The position numbers and the translations under genes were made by a program. Source: an uncultured Eubacteriales bacterium (GTDB lineage Bacteria > Bacillota > Clostridia > Peptostreptococcales > Anaerovoracaceae). From it: a stretch of DNA of 64,000 nt. The first letter of the stretch is position 1; each line of letters starts with the position of its first letter. Below the pieces are notes generated by a model that was not told where the DNA came from, searched no databases, and worked only from the letters and a program-made list of their open reading frames with translations. The DNA lies in NCBI GenBank assembly GCA_902798745.1, contig CADBXM010000007.1:11317-75316 (forward strand). The letters are read 5' to 3'. Of this stretch, positions 26,817 through 35,681 are shown piece after piece.

Positions 26817-27503
26817 ATGAAGAAGGTATTATCAAAGGTGTTGTCTTTGTGCATTGCGGTAATGGTGGCATTTGGTCTCATAATAGTTCCGGCTGCTGCT
26901 CCGGCACATGCTGACGGTTTTGTCTCGGGGAGTATAAAGTACAGAAAAAGCATGACGCTGTATTCAGGGTCAGAATACGGAAACGTTTATTTGATCAAAA
27001 TGGGATCAAAGCTTAAAGGAGCCAAGAGTGTCAAGATCAAATCGAGTAACAAAAAGGTCCTGGAACCGTTCGGCTACTACAAAGGGGATAAAGACTTAAT
27101 GGCCAATGCTAAGAAATCAGGTAAGGCTGATCTGACTGTCAAGGTCAAGAAAGGCGGAAAGACAAAGACATATAAGATAAAAGTCAAAGTGGAAAAATCC
27201 GGAAATCCATTCAAGTCATTCAAGGTGGGAAAGAAGAACATCACATCCCAGTTCAAAAGCGAACAAATTGCTGATTGCAGAGTGAAAAACAACTCAAAGC
27301 AGAAGATATCGATCAAGCCGAAAAGCGGAATGAAGATCAAAAAAATCCAGTTCTCTACTTATGATTTCGAAACGGATAAATCTATAAGAAAGAACATCAA
27401 AAATAACAGCACAGTTAAAGTAAAAAAAGATGAAACTAATATATACGTAGAGTTATATGAGAAAAAGAGCAAAATAACATATTGCTACTACGTTTTCATG
27501 TAG
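26817..27503 (+). CDS. Small lysine-rich secreted protein, paralog family member (subtype A)
   Basis: Signal peptide MKKVLSKVLSLCIAVMVAFGLIIVPAAAPAHA. A Big_2-like stretch follows (KSSNKKVLEP...GKADLTVKVKKGGKTKTYKIKVKVEK). It is closely similar to the 28382 ORF. Confidence 0.65.
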   Translation: MKKVLSKVLSLCIAVMVAFGLIIVPAAAPAHADGFVSGSIKYRKSMTLYSGSEYGNVYLIKMGSKLKGAKSVKIKSSNKKVLEPFGYYKGDKDLMANAKKSGKADLTVKVKKGGKTKTYKIKVKVEKSGNPFKSFKVGKKNITSQFKSEQIADCRVKNNSKQKISIKPKSGMKIKKIQFSTYDFETDKSIRKNIKNNSTVKVKKDETNIYVELYEKKSKITYCYYVFM

Positions 27504-27556
27504 AAATCGTTAAAGAGAATAAGGGTCAATACACTGGGACATAGAGGTAAGTGGTG

Positions 27557-28231
27557 ATGAGAAAACAATTCAGCAAAATAATGGCAGCGCTTCTGGCTGT
27601 ACTCGTAGCATTCAGCATGGTGATAATAGATACGGAAACAGCTAGTGCGAAGAGTTCATGGGATGTATATCTTAACAATTACGCTTTTGTTGGACAGCAG
27701 GAGACAGTGTATGCAGGCAATGGCGACGATAGCGCAACTGTGACTTCTGTAAAGTCCGGCAACTCAAAGATCATTAAAGTCAAAAAATCTAAATTTGAAG
27801 GGGTGACTTATTATGATCTGAAGTATAAAAAGACGGGCAAGACAAAAGTGACAGTAAAATTCAAAACTCCTTCCGGAGAAGTCTTTACAAAAACTAAGAC
27901 GATCAAAGTCCTGAAGTATCCTAATCACATCAAGAGTATCAAGATCAATGGGAAGAGCGTTAACGTCAAGAAAAACAAGTACTATTTTGACAAGAAGGTC
28001 AAGGGTACAAGCGTTAACATAAAGATGGCAACCAAGAACGGGTGGAAGATATCATATGCTGATATCAATATGTCTGGTAAAAATAACGAAAAAGAGGTCA
28101 AAAATAGCAAGTCTAAGATCAAGAAGGGCACGACCATTAAATTCCCTAAAGGATACGATTACCTTAGTGCTTGGGTAGAAATGTCAAAAGGAAATAAGTA
28201 CATTACTTATCAGGTATTCCTATATAGGTAA
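27557..28231 (+). CDS. Small lysine-rich secreted protein, paralog family member (subtype B)
   Basis: GAGGT ribosome-binding site 8 nt upstream. Signal peptide MRKQFSKIMAALLAVLVAFSMVIIDTETASA. The motifs ...KKTGKTKVTVKFK...VLKYPNHIKSIKINGKSV...GWKISYADI...YQVFLYR are shared with the 30923 and 33734 ORFs. Confidence 0.65.
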   Translation: MRKQFSKIMAALLAVLVAFSMVIIDTETASAKSSWDVYLNNYAFVGQQETVYAGNGDDSATVTSVKSGNSKIIKVKKSKFEGVTYYDLKYKKTGKTKVTVKFKTPSGEVFTKTKTIKVLKYPNHIKSIKINGKSVNVKKNKYYFDKKVKGTSVNIKMATKNGWKISYADINMSGKNNEKEVKNSKSKIKKGTTIKFPKGYDYLSAWVEMSKGNKYITYQVFLYR

Positions 28232-28261
28232 TAAAGCAAGTGACCGGGCAATGATATTATC

Positions 28262-28297
28262 AAAAACCCCCGCGCGTCTGCGCGGGGGTTTTGTTTT
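28262..28297 (+). terminator. Strong rho-independent terminator
   Basis: AAAAACCCCCGCGC-GTCT-GCGCGGGGGTTTTGTTTT. Confidence 0.8.
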
Positions 28298-28381
28298 CAC
28301 TTAGGGATGTTGGCAGACAGAAGGTATGATATACTGAATCTGTTAATAATTACTATCATCAGGAGATAGGAGGCATCTGTT

Positions 28382-29065
28382 ATGAAGAAGGTATTATCAA
28401 GAATTGCAACACTGACTCTTGCTGTATTCGTGGCATTCGGGCTCATAATAGCGCCGGCCACAGCTTCGGTGCATGCTGATATGTTCGAAGGCTCATATGT
28501 TAAATATGCGAAAAAGATCACGCTGTATGCAAATCCGAAAAGCGATTCCTATTATACGATCAAAATGGGGAAAAGACTCAAAGGAGCCGACAGCGTCAAG
28601 GTCAAGACGAGCAAGAAAAAAGTACTTGCACCGGAATATTATGAAGGCGACACGGACCTCCTTGTCAATGCAAAAAAAGCAGGCAAAGCAAAGCTGACGA
28701 TCACCGTTAAGAAAGGCGGCAAGACTGAAACATACAAGATAAATGTCACAGTTGAGAAGGGAAAAAATCCTTTCAAGTCATTCAAGATCGGAAAGAAGAA
28801 CCTAACCTCCGAGTTTAAGAATAGCGCTTTTTGCAACTACAAAGTAAAAAGCAGCTCTAAGCAGAAGATATCGATCAAGCTTCAAAGCGGAATGAAGATC
28901 AAAAAGATGTTATTCCATTACTACGATCCTAAAGCAGATAGTGATGCAAACAAGACTATAAAAAACAACAGCTCGATCAAGTTGAGAGGCGATGCCGCTA
29001 TCATTCTGAATATTTATGACAAGAAGAGCAAAGTGACATTTACATATATGGTGTACACTTATTAG
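28382..29065 (+). CDS. Small lysine-rich secreted protein, paralog family member (subtype A)
   Basis: TAGGAGG ribosome-binding site. Signal peptide MKKVLSRIATLTLAVFVAFGLIIAPATASVHA. GKAKLTITVKKGGKTETYKINVTVEKGKNPFKSFKIGKKNLTS parallels the 26817 ORF. Confidence 0.65.
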   Translation: MKKVLSRIATLTLAVFVAFGLIIAPATASVHADMFEGSYVKYAKKITLYANPKSDSYYTIKMGKRLKGADSVKVKTSKKKVLAPEYYEGDTDLLVNAKKAGKAKLTITVKKGGKTETYKINVTVEKGKNPFKSFKIGKKNLTSEFKNSAFCNYKVKSSSKQKISIKLQSGMKIKKMLFHYYDPKADSDANKTIKNNSSIKLRGDAAIILNIYDKKSKVTFTYMVYTY

Positions 29066-29111
29066 TAACTGATCGGAGTATCAAGTCGGACGATCCGTTC
29101 CGTCACATGTA

Positions 29112-29153
29112 AAAACGAGCGTCTGTCATGAATGACAGGCGCTCAATTTTTTT
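29112..29153. terminator. Bidirectional terminator between convergent genes
   Basis: AAAAAC-GAGCGTCTGTCAT-GA-ATGACAGGCGCTC-AATTTTTTT. Confidence 0.7.
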
Positions 29154-29175
29154 GTCGGCCATAAAGTGTCAGTTG

Positions 29176-30759
29176 TCAGATATCAAGCAGTTCGGCGTAT
29201 ACCGAAAGCGCGCCGTCTGTCTCGTGGCTCAGGACTCTCTTTGCGAGCACTTTGCCAAGCTGGACGCCTTCCTGATCAAAGCTATTCAGATTCCACAGGA
29301 ATCCCTGGAACATTATCTTATTTTCAAAATGCGCTAGCAATGCTCCCAGCGATTCCGGCGTTAGCTCTTCTCCTACGATGATGCTTGACGGTCTGCCTCC
29401 GTCGAATTGTTTGTTGAGGTCATTATCATCCTTGCCGCAGGCAAAAGCAACGATCTGGGCGGCAACATTGGCGCCCAGCTTCTGCTGACTTGTGCTTCCC
29501 TGGATATCCATATCGACACCGGACTGATTCTTTCTGAATCCAACAAACTGGAGAGGCACGATATCTTTCCCTTGGTGAAGCAGCTGGTAGAATGAGTGCT
29601 GGCCATTAGTACCCGGCTCGCCGAAAAGGACGGGACCGGTCTTGTAGTCGACAGGCTCTCCGAAACGGTTTACGGATTTGCCGTTTGATTCCATATCTGC
29701 CTGCTGCAGATGTGCAGGGAATCTCGACAGGGCCTGTGAGTACGGAAGGACAGCTGTCGTCTCATAGCCCAAAATGTTTCTTTCATAGACGCCGATCAAT
29801 GCATCCAGCATCGCGGCATTGCTGAGAGGGGCCTCATGCGCGGCCAGTTTATCTGCCTCCGCGGCACCATTAAGGAATCTTTCGAATACTTCCGGCCCGA
29901 AAGCGAGCGACAGAACGACTCCGCCTACCGCTGATGTTGAAGAGTACCTGCCGCCAATATAATCATCCATGAAGAAGGCAGCCAGATAATCACTGCTTTT
30001 AGCGAGCGGCGATGTCTCACTGGTGACAGCCACCATATGCTTTGACGGATCGAGTCCCGCGTCCTTGAGTGCGTTCTTTACGAAAGCTTCATTCGTGAGC
30101 GTTTCGAGAGTCGTTCCAGACTTGGACACCAGAATGAACAGAGTGTGCGCAGGGTCGATGGAAGCAAGCACGTTGAGCGCGTCATCAGGATCGACGTTGC
30201 TGATGAACTTCGCATCCATAAGCATGCGACCGTTTGCGCGGGCCCAGTTCTCGAGGGCGATATACATAGCGCGAGGACCGAGATCGCTACCGCCAATACC
30301 TATCTGAACGGCTGTAGTGAATCTCTCCCCGTCAGCATTCGTTATCTCGCCGGAATGTATCTTTGCGGCAAACTCAGATATCTTTGCCTGTTCTTTTTTA
30401 TAGAAATCTCTTTTGTCGACACCGTCCGCGACTACATCGTTGCCAAGCTGCCCGCGAGTGAGATGGTGCAGAACAAGTCTCTTTTCACCGGTGTTGATCA
30501 TGGCGCCGTTGTACAGCTCTTCGAATTTGCCGGCAAGGTCGGAGTCTTTTGCAAGATCGTTCAGCATTTCGAGCACCTCACCGTCGACCTGCTTTGCGGC
30601 ATAGTTGTATGTAAGCCCACACGCCATAGGAACAGAATAATTCCTGACCCTCTCAGCCCCGGCTTCACCCGCGAGGACGTCCTTCAGATCGACACGATGA
30701 TCTGATGACGACAGTTTTTTATATGAATCTAATGTATCAAGGTTTTTCCAATCAGCCAT
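29176..30759 (-). CDS. pgi: Glucose-6-phosphate isomerase
   Basis: The long-form PGI is collinear throughout (…IGIGGSDLGPRA…, …VSKSGTTLETL…, …GEPGTNGQHSFYQLLHQG…). I chose the start at MADWKNL after AAAGGAG (the ORF track begins 33 nt upstream). Confidence 0.9.
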   Translation of the reverse strand: MADWKNLDTLDSYKKLSSSDHRVDLKDVLAGEAGAERVRNYSVPMACGLTYNYAAKQVDGEVLEMLNDLAKDSDLAGKFEELYNGAMINTGEKRLVLHHLTRGQLGNDVVADGVDKRDFYKKEQAKISEFAAKIHSGEITNADGERFTTAVQIGIGGSDLGPRAMYIALENWARANGRMLMDAKFISNVDPDDALNVLASIDPAHTLFILVSKSGTTLETLTNEAFVKNALKDAGLDPSKHMVAVTSETSPLAKSSDYLAAFFMDDYIGGRYSSTSAVGGVVLSLAFGPEVFERFLNGAAEADKLAAHEAPLSNAAMLDALIGVYERNILGYETTAVLPYSQALSRFPAHLQQADMESNGKSVNRFGEPVDYKTGPVLFGEPGTNGQHSFYQLLHQGKDIVPLQFVGFRKNQSGVDMDIQGSTSQQKLGANVAAQIVAFACGKDDNDLNKQFDGGRPSSIIVGEELTPESLGALLAHFENKIMFQGFLWNLNSFDQEGVQLGKVLAKRVLSHETDGALSVYAELLDI

Positions 30760-30833
30760 AAATGTACTCCTTTCACACGAGCATTTTAGCATATTAGACG
30801 AGCTTCGGATAGATGCCTAAGTGGGTTTGCACG

Positions 30834-30863
30834 TTGACCATAGGGGATGACATTTTGTAAAAT
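30834..30863 (+). promoter_or_regulatory. Candidate sigma-70 promoter for the 30923 paralog
   Basis: TTGACC, an 18-nt spacer, then TAAAAT. An analogous element sits upstream of the 33734 paralog. Confidence 0.35.
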
Positions 30864-30922
30864 GTTATAGATTTGTTTGAATGATGAAGTTCGGTCAATG
30901 GATCACAAAGGAGGAAAGGGTA

Positions 30923-31657
30923 ATGAGTTACAAGCTTAAGAGAGCAGTATCGCTGATGATAGCAGTCCTTGTCGCGTTTGGCATGATGACTTTTGGCACC
31001 GGAGAAGCCAACGCGGCATCCGGTAAGGTCAAAGTAATCGTAAAGAGTCAAGACTTAGACAATACAATCTATGTAGGGGAAGAAGGTTGTGTATGTGCAT
31101 ACAATCCAAAGAAGGGCGATTTTGCAATAGTCAAGGCTGTAATAATAACCGATAAATCCATTGCCAGGGTCAAAAGAACTACATACAAATATAAAGGCAA
31201 AAAGTACAAGGAGTACTATGTTGTCGGAAAGAAGTCGGGTAAAACAAAATTAAGCGTTAAATACAAATATAAAGGCAAAACAAGCACCAAAAAGTTGACA
31301 GTTACTGTAAAAGAGTATCCGAATGCAATACAGAGCCTTACAATTAACGGTAAGGACCAATCACTTACAGGAGAAAATGCGTTCAGATACACGAAAAAAT
31401 ACAGCAAAAAGAACACAAAGGCCAGTATAAAGATGATCCCTGCAGAAGGCTGGAAGATCTCTTATGCTTATGGTGAAATTGGTTATCCTAAGGGCAAAAC
31501 TTATAAATCTAACGTAATCAAAAAAATGGCGACAAAAATTAAAAAAGGAACAGAAATCTCTTACCCAAAAAAGTATACTGACATGTGGATTACCGTTACT
31601 CTGGAGAATAAAAAAGGAGACCTTTTCAGCTACAGTATTGGTTTATATAGATTTTGA
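30923..31657 (+). CDS. Small lysine-rich secreted protein, paralog family member (subtype B)
   Basis: AAAGGAGGAAAGGG ribosome-binding site. Signal peptide MSYKLKRAVSLMIAVLVAFGMMTFGTGEANA. KEYYVVGKKSGKTKLSVKYKYKGKTSTKKLTVTVKEYPNAIQSLTINGK...GWKISYAY...YSIGLYRF. Confidence 0.65.
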   Translation: MSYKLKRAVSLMIAVLVAFGMMTFGTGEANAASGKVKVIVKSQDLDNTIYVGEEGCVCAYNPKKGDFAIVKAVIITDKSIARVKRTTYKYKGKKYKEYYVVGKKSGKTKLSVKYKYKGKTSTKKLTVTVKEYPNAIQSLTINGKDQSLTGENAFRYTKKYSKKNTKASIKMIPAEGWKISYAYGEIGYPKGKTYKSNVIKKMATKIKKGTEISYPKKYTDMWITVTLENKKGDLFSYSIGLYRF

Positions 31658-31817
31658 TCACTATAGCTTTGTTCCTTTGTAATTGAGCCCCTATAACTTT
31701 ATCTGGGGTCAAGCAAAATGACGCTTTTGCATTATTTGGGGTAAGAGTGAACACGGGGTGCACAACTGACTGAACTGCTGTCCGTCAAGAGGACAGTGAA
31801 TAGTTAAAAGGTTTAGG

Positions 31818-31860
31818 CAACCAGTAACAGCAATGTTGCTGGTTGTTTATTTAGTTGTTC
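31818..31860 (+). terminator. Rho-independent terminator-like hairpin
   Basis: CAACCAGTAAC-AGCAAT-GTTGCTGGTTG followed by TTTATTTAGTTGTT. Confidence 0.55.
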
Positions 31861-32063
31861 CCCTCGCTGGGGAGGCAGGTCAGCAGCGTGTTCCCGCTGC
31901 TGACGCAAAAGAGGGTATTCCGTGTCGCTACGTCAAGCGCTGCTCGGCCTTCGGCCTGCGTACTGTCACTTGACTCCTTTCCCGCTCCATGCGCATATTG
32001 AAATGATGTGTGGATTCGTGAGTGACTATGCGCTGCGAGAAGATATGTAGGGTCATACCCCAA
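31861..32063. ncRNA. Candidate structured RNA or MITE-like element (GC-rich, hairpin-dense, non-coding island); class unknown
   Basis: Several perfect stems are visible: GTCAGCAGCG/CGCTGCTGAC (10 bp), GTCAAG/CTTGAC enclosing GGCC-TTC-GGCC, GCGCATA/TATGCGC, and CCCTC...GAGGG. The island is clearly more GC-rich than the AT-rich 622-nt intergenic region around it. The only ORF is an unconvincing 70-aa reading frame. Confidence 0.25.
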
Positions 32064-32279
32064 AAGAAGTTAAAGGGCCTTTTTCAGTTGCTATGGAAAT
32101 AACTAAAAGTATAGTCAGTATAATATGCATTGAACTAACTTAGAGATACAGCTTGTTGACGTTAAATGGCGGTGGGGTTACAATTATCTACAAATAAATA
32201 TATGTGTAATGTTATGTTTTAGTAGATTAGTGAAAAAGAATATAGACAGATTAAAAAGTAAATACATAAGGAGGCCGGC

Positions 32280-33422
32280 ATGAGAATCAAAGAAATGAAC
32301 AGTAACCTTATTAGATTATTATCGATTACACTTTTTACATTTTTGATAGTGTTTGCTTTATTTTATGATTCATCTTTTGCTTCTGACTCAAACAAGAAGA
32401 CGTTAGTTTCTCAAAGAACCTTACATTTTGCTGACTATTATGAAGAGTATGATGAGGAAGATGCAACACATTCTTCCAGTTCCCTTTCATTCAAGTTTAA
32501 GACGGATCGAAAAATGGTTTTTATGATGCCATTAACAATCCGGTTTGGTTATGATGATCTTGTAAGTGAAGGTGGAATAAGAGTTGTATTAAGAAATGAG
32601 CATGGAGATGTAATTCAGAATGATTATATTAGCTTGAACGGTTACGGCGGCGGTGTCGATTTCGAGGATTGGCTCTATAGTGATGGCTTTTTTCAAAAAG
32701 CTGGATCATATACATATACAATTACATGGAACGCAGACGAAGATATTGATTTAAAGTGTTCAGTAATAGGCTATTCAAAAATTGCGAAAAAGGCAGAAAT
32801 AAAGAAAAAAGTATCAAAGCGTAGCGGAAATTGGGTTAAGATAGGGAAAATTGAAGGTGGACTCCCTTATGTAAAGAAGTTTAAATCTTCTAATAAAAAA
32901 GTCGTACAGTACTGTGATGTAAAAGCAAATGGCTCAGTCTATGTTTATGCAAAAAGGAAGGGAAAAGCAAAAGTAACCATTACCTTACAAAATGGTAAAA
33001 AGTACTCTTCCAATGTTACAGTAAAGCCTGGCGATTTCAACATGATGGCATTTGTTTATGACTACGCAACAAGGGATAATTATTTTGTAGTAAAGGTGAA
33101 GAACAATAGTTCAAGCCCAATTACAATTATTAGAAATGGTGGTAAGGTAAAAAATGTAGATTACAAGTCATATGACCGAAATATTAAAGGTGGAAATGTT
33201 ACGGTAAAGCCGGGAAAAACTAAATATGTAAGATTTTACTTAAAAGGCTCAAATACTTGGTATGATTACTCAGATTTCACATTATACTCCAAGATAAGAT
33301 ATGAAGGTAAAACATATGAATGGCACGTGTGGGATGAAGATAGCGTATATAAAAAGAATAAGAAATGGTATGCTACCTATTGGAACGACAATCAGTATGA
33401 GAATTGGGTAGATGCAGATTAG
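32280..33422 (+). CDS. Membrane-anchored or secreted multi-beta-domain protein with a Big_2-like module, unknown function
   Basis: AAGGAGG ribosome-binding site. The N-terminus is hydrophobic (LIRLLSITLFTFLIVFALFY). KKFKSSNKKVVQYCDVKANGSVYVYAKRKGKAKVTITLQNGKKYSSNVTVKP is Big_2-like. The gene is visibly more AT-rich than its neighbours. Confidence 0.55.
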   Translation: MRIKEMNSNLIRLLSITLFTFLIVFALFYDSSFASDSNKKTLVSQRTLHFADYYEEYDEEDATHSSSSLSFKFKTDRKMVFMMPLTIRFGYDDLVSEGGIRVVLRNEHGDVIQNDYISLNGYGGGVDFEDWLYSDGFFQKAGSYTYTITWNADEDIDLKCSVIGYSKIAKKAEIKKKVSKRSGNWVKIGKIEGGLPYVKKFKSSNKKVVQYCDVKANGSVYVYAKRKGKAKVTITLQNGKKYSSNVTVKPGDFNMMAFVYDYATRDNYFVVKVKNNSSSPITIIRNGGKVKNVDYKSYDRNIKGGNVTVKPGKTKYVRFYLKGSNTWYDYSDFTLYSKIRYEGKTYEWHVWDEDSVYKKNKKWYATYWNDNQYENWVDAD

Positions 33423-33554
33423 AAAATAATACAATAATTGACATGCTTGTATGATAGTCCTGCATTTTAATCATCACATCAAGCGAAATATGCCAGTACA
33501 AATAAATAAGTAAATAGTAGCATAATAGCCGCAATGTCTTGATCAGTACTGGAC

Positions 33555-33606
33555 TAGATCGGGGGGGCTCAACCGGCAATGTTGAGCCCCCCGATCTATT
33601 TATTTG
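33555..33606 (+). terminator. Strong rho-independent terminator
   Basis: TAGATCGGGGGGCTCAAC-CGGCAAT-GTTGAGCCCCCCGATCTA followed by TTTATTTG. Confidence 0.75.
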
Positions 33607-33646
33607 AACGCCCCGCATTTTGTTGTAAATAACGATTGCTTGCCCG

Positions 33647-33676
33647 TTGACTATATATAATGGCTTTTTATAATAT
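33647..33676 (+). promoter_or_regulatory. Candidate sigma-70 promoter for the 33734 paralog
   Basis: TTGACT, an 18-nt spacer, then TAATAT. Confidence 0.35.
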
Positions 33677-33733
33677 GAATACAACAAAACAAGCATCAAA
33701 TTGTTTAGACTGGTTACAAAGGAGGGCGTGATT

Positions 33734-34456
33734 ATGAAATTTGGACTTAAGAGAGCCATGTCGCTGATGATAGCGGTTTTTGTCGCTTTCGGCATGATGG
33801 CAGTCAGCACAGGTGAAGTAAATGCGGCATCCGGCAAAGTTAAGGTAGAAATAAATAATCAAATTGAAAAAACTAACCATATTTATGCAGGCGAACAGAC
33901 TTATGTCGCTGTATATAACACCAAGCAGAAGAAAGTAAAGATCAAGTCTGTCAAAGTAAGTGACAAATCGATCGCAAAGGTCAAGGTAAAAACTTTAAAA
34001 TATGCTGGTAAAAAAAATAAAGAATATTATGTCGTAGGGAAACAGCCGGGCAAAACAAAAGTCAGCGTCAAGTACAAATGCAATGGCAAAGCAGGCACCA
34101 AAAAAGTGACTGTTACTGTAGTGCCGTATCCGAATCCTCTTGCGAGCCTTGAAGTAAACGGCAAGAACGTACCTCTGTCAGGTGACACAGGTTTCTTATA
34201 TGAAAAGAAATGCAAAAAAACAAAAGTCAATATAAAAGCTGTTGCGGCAGAAGGCTGGGAAATTACCTCTGCAGACAGTCGTTCTGTTTATGGAACCGCT
34301 AAAAATCCTAAATTCAAAGACACGGGAGTGAAGAGCAAGATCAAAAATGGGAAAACAATTAGTTTCCCTAAGAAGCATAAAGCTTTGTACACAAGCATTA
34401 ATCTGGAAAATGATGAGGGAGTCGTCGTATTCTACGAGATCGTTCTCAAAAGATAG
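33734..34456 (+). CDS. Small lysine-rich secreted protein, paralog family member (subtype B)
   Basis: AAAGGAGGG ribosome-binding site. Signal peptide MKFGLKRAMSLMIAVFVAFGMMAVSTGEVNA, nearly the same as in the 30923 ORF. KEYYVVGKQPGKTKVSVKYKCNGKAGTKKVTVTVVPYPNPLASLEVNGK...GWEITSAD...YEIVLKR. Confidence 0.65.
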   Translation: MKFGLKRAMSLMIAVFVAFGMMAVSTGEVNAASGKVKVEINNQIEKTNHIYAGEQTYVAVYNTKQKKVKIKSVKVSDKSIAKVKVKTLKYAGKKNKEYYVVGKQPGKTKVSVKYKCNGKAGTKKVTVTVVPYPNPLASLEVNGKNVPLSGDTGFLYEKKCKKTKVNIKAVAAEGWEITSADSRSVYGTAKNPKFKDTGVKSKIKNGKTISFPKKHKALYTSINLENDEGVVVFYEIVLKR

Positions 34457-34500
34457 ACTGATCGTTCAATATCAGCAAATCCAGAATACAGACACTATGG

Positions 34501-34542
34501 CAGGGAGCTGGGTCAGTTAATGACACGGCTTCCTGTTTTGTT
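34501..34542 (+). terminator. Terminator-like hairpin
   Basis: CAGGGAGC...GCTTCCTG (one wobble pair) followed by TTTTGTT. Confidence 0.4.
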
Positions 34543-34595
34543 CAGGCTGTTTAAATGATACAATACTCTCAGCAAATGAACCAAAGTACACATGC

Positions 34596-35681
34596 ATGAC
34601 ATTGATAAAGAAAAGAAGAATTAAAAGAGTTTCAATAATAAGCCGTGAGAGTGACGCCCGCACTCTTGACGTCGCTATGCTCGAAGCGGAACTTTTGAGA
34701 CGCGGCATCAAAGTAACTGTGCTGAGCAGACTTTTGACCAAAGAAAAGTCTTTAAAGGCCCTTGGTTATGCCGGGCATGTGCTGAGACAACAGGCAGAGA
34801 TACTCAGATCGGATGTTGTCGTGCTCGACACGTACTGTATTCCGGCAAGCATGCTGCCACACCGCAAGGAAACGAAAGTGGTGCAGATATGGCATGCGCT
34901 CTCAGCCATTAAAAAATTCGGTTGGCAGACTGTCGGTAAAGAGGGCGGCTCGTCCGAGAAAGTGGCGAGACTGATGCGCATGCACCATGGCTATGACTAT
35001 GTGGTCTCTTCAAGCGACATTACCGCAGAGCATTTCTGCGAAGCATTCAAGGTCGAACAGAGCAAGATAGTCAAATGCGGTTTGCCGCGCATAGACTATG
35101 TAAAGAGCGTTGCTTTAGGTGATAGGCGCGCTGATATGCTTTCGAAGATACATGCGGCATATCCTCAGCTGAATAACGGAAAGAAGACCATACTGTATGC
35201 GCCTACATTTCGCAAGGGGGCTACAGTCGATCCGGAGGAACTTGCGGCTGCGCTTGACCCCGGGAAGTACGATCTGATCGTGAAGCTCCATCCTCTTTAC
35301 AGGGGAGCTGAGTCCGACGCTAGGCACGAAAGAGAGAACGTCATATATGATGACGACTTCTCATCATTCGATTGGCTGTCGGCTGCAGATATAATAATCA
35401 GCGACTACTCATCGCTTGTCATAGAATCTACGCTTGCGGACAAGCCGCTATATATTTACGCGTACGACCTTGATGACTACGAGGCAAACACCGGCCTCAA
35501 CGTAGACTTCAGCAGCGAGCCTATAGCTCCGTATGTATTCAGCGACGCGAAGGAAATGGCAAAGGCTATAGATGCAGGCGACTACGATCTTGGCGCTTTG
35601 CGCGAATTCAGGGATCGCTATATAGATATTGATACAAACAATTGCACAGCTGCACTGGCAGACTTCATCGAATCATTATGA
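34596..35681 (+). CDS. CDP-glycerol glycerophosphotransferase, short TagB/TarB-like form
   Basis: ...ILYAPTFRKG...DLIVKLHPL...IISDYSSLVIESTLADKPLYIYAYDLDDY. The 361-aa length fits a TagB-like enzyme. The stop overlaps the next start (ATGA). Confidence 0.7.
   Translation: MTLIKKRRIKRVSIISRESDARTLDVAMLEAELLRRGIKVTVLSRLLTKEKSLKALGYAGHVLRQQAEILRSDVVVLDTYCIPASMLPHRKETKVVQIWHALSAIKKFGWQTVGKEGGSSEKVARLMRMHHGYDYVVSSSDITAEHFCEAFKVEQSKIVKCGLPRIDYVKSVALGDRRADMLSKIHAAYPQLNNGKKTILYAPTFRKGATVDPEELAAALDPGKYDLIVKLHPLYRGAESDARHERENVIYDDDFSSFDWLSAADIIISDYSSLVIESTLADKPLYIYAYDLDDYEANTGLNVDFSSEPIAPYVFSDAKEMAKAIDAGDYDLGALREFRDRYIDIDTNNCTAALADFIESL

Noticed and set aside
31851-32063. A 70-aa minus-strand ORF (MGYDPTYLLAAHSHS...) in the long intergenic gap.
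   Set aside because: It has no ribosome-binding site and no recognisable fold or motif. Its sequence coincides with a stack of perfect hairpins, so an RNA, repeat or relic explanation is more plausible (see the corresponding finding).
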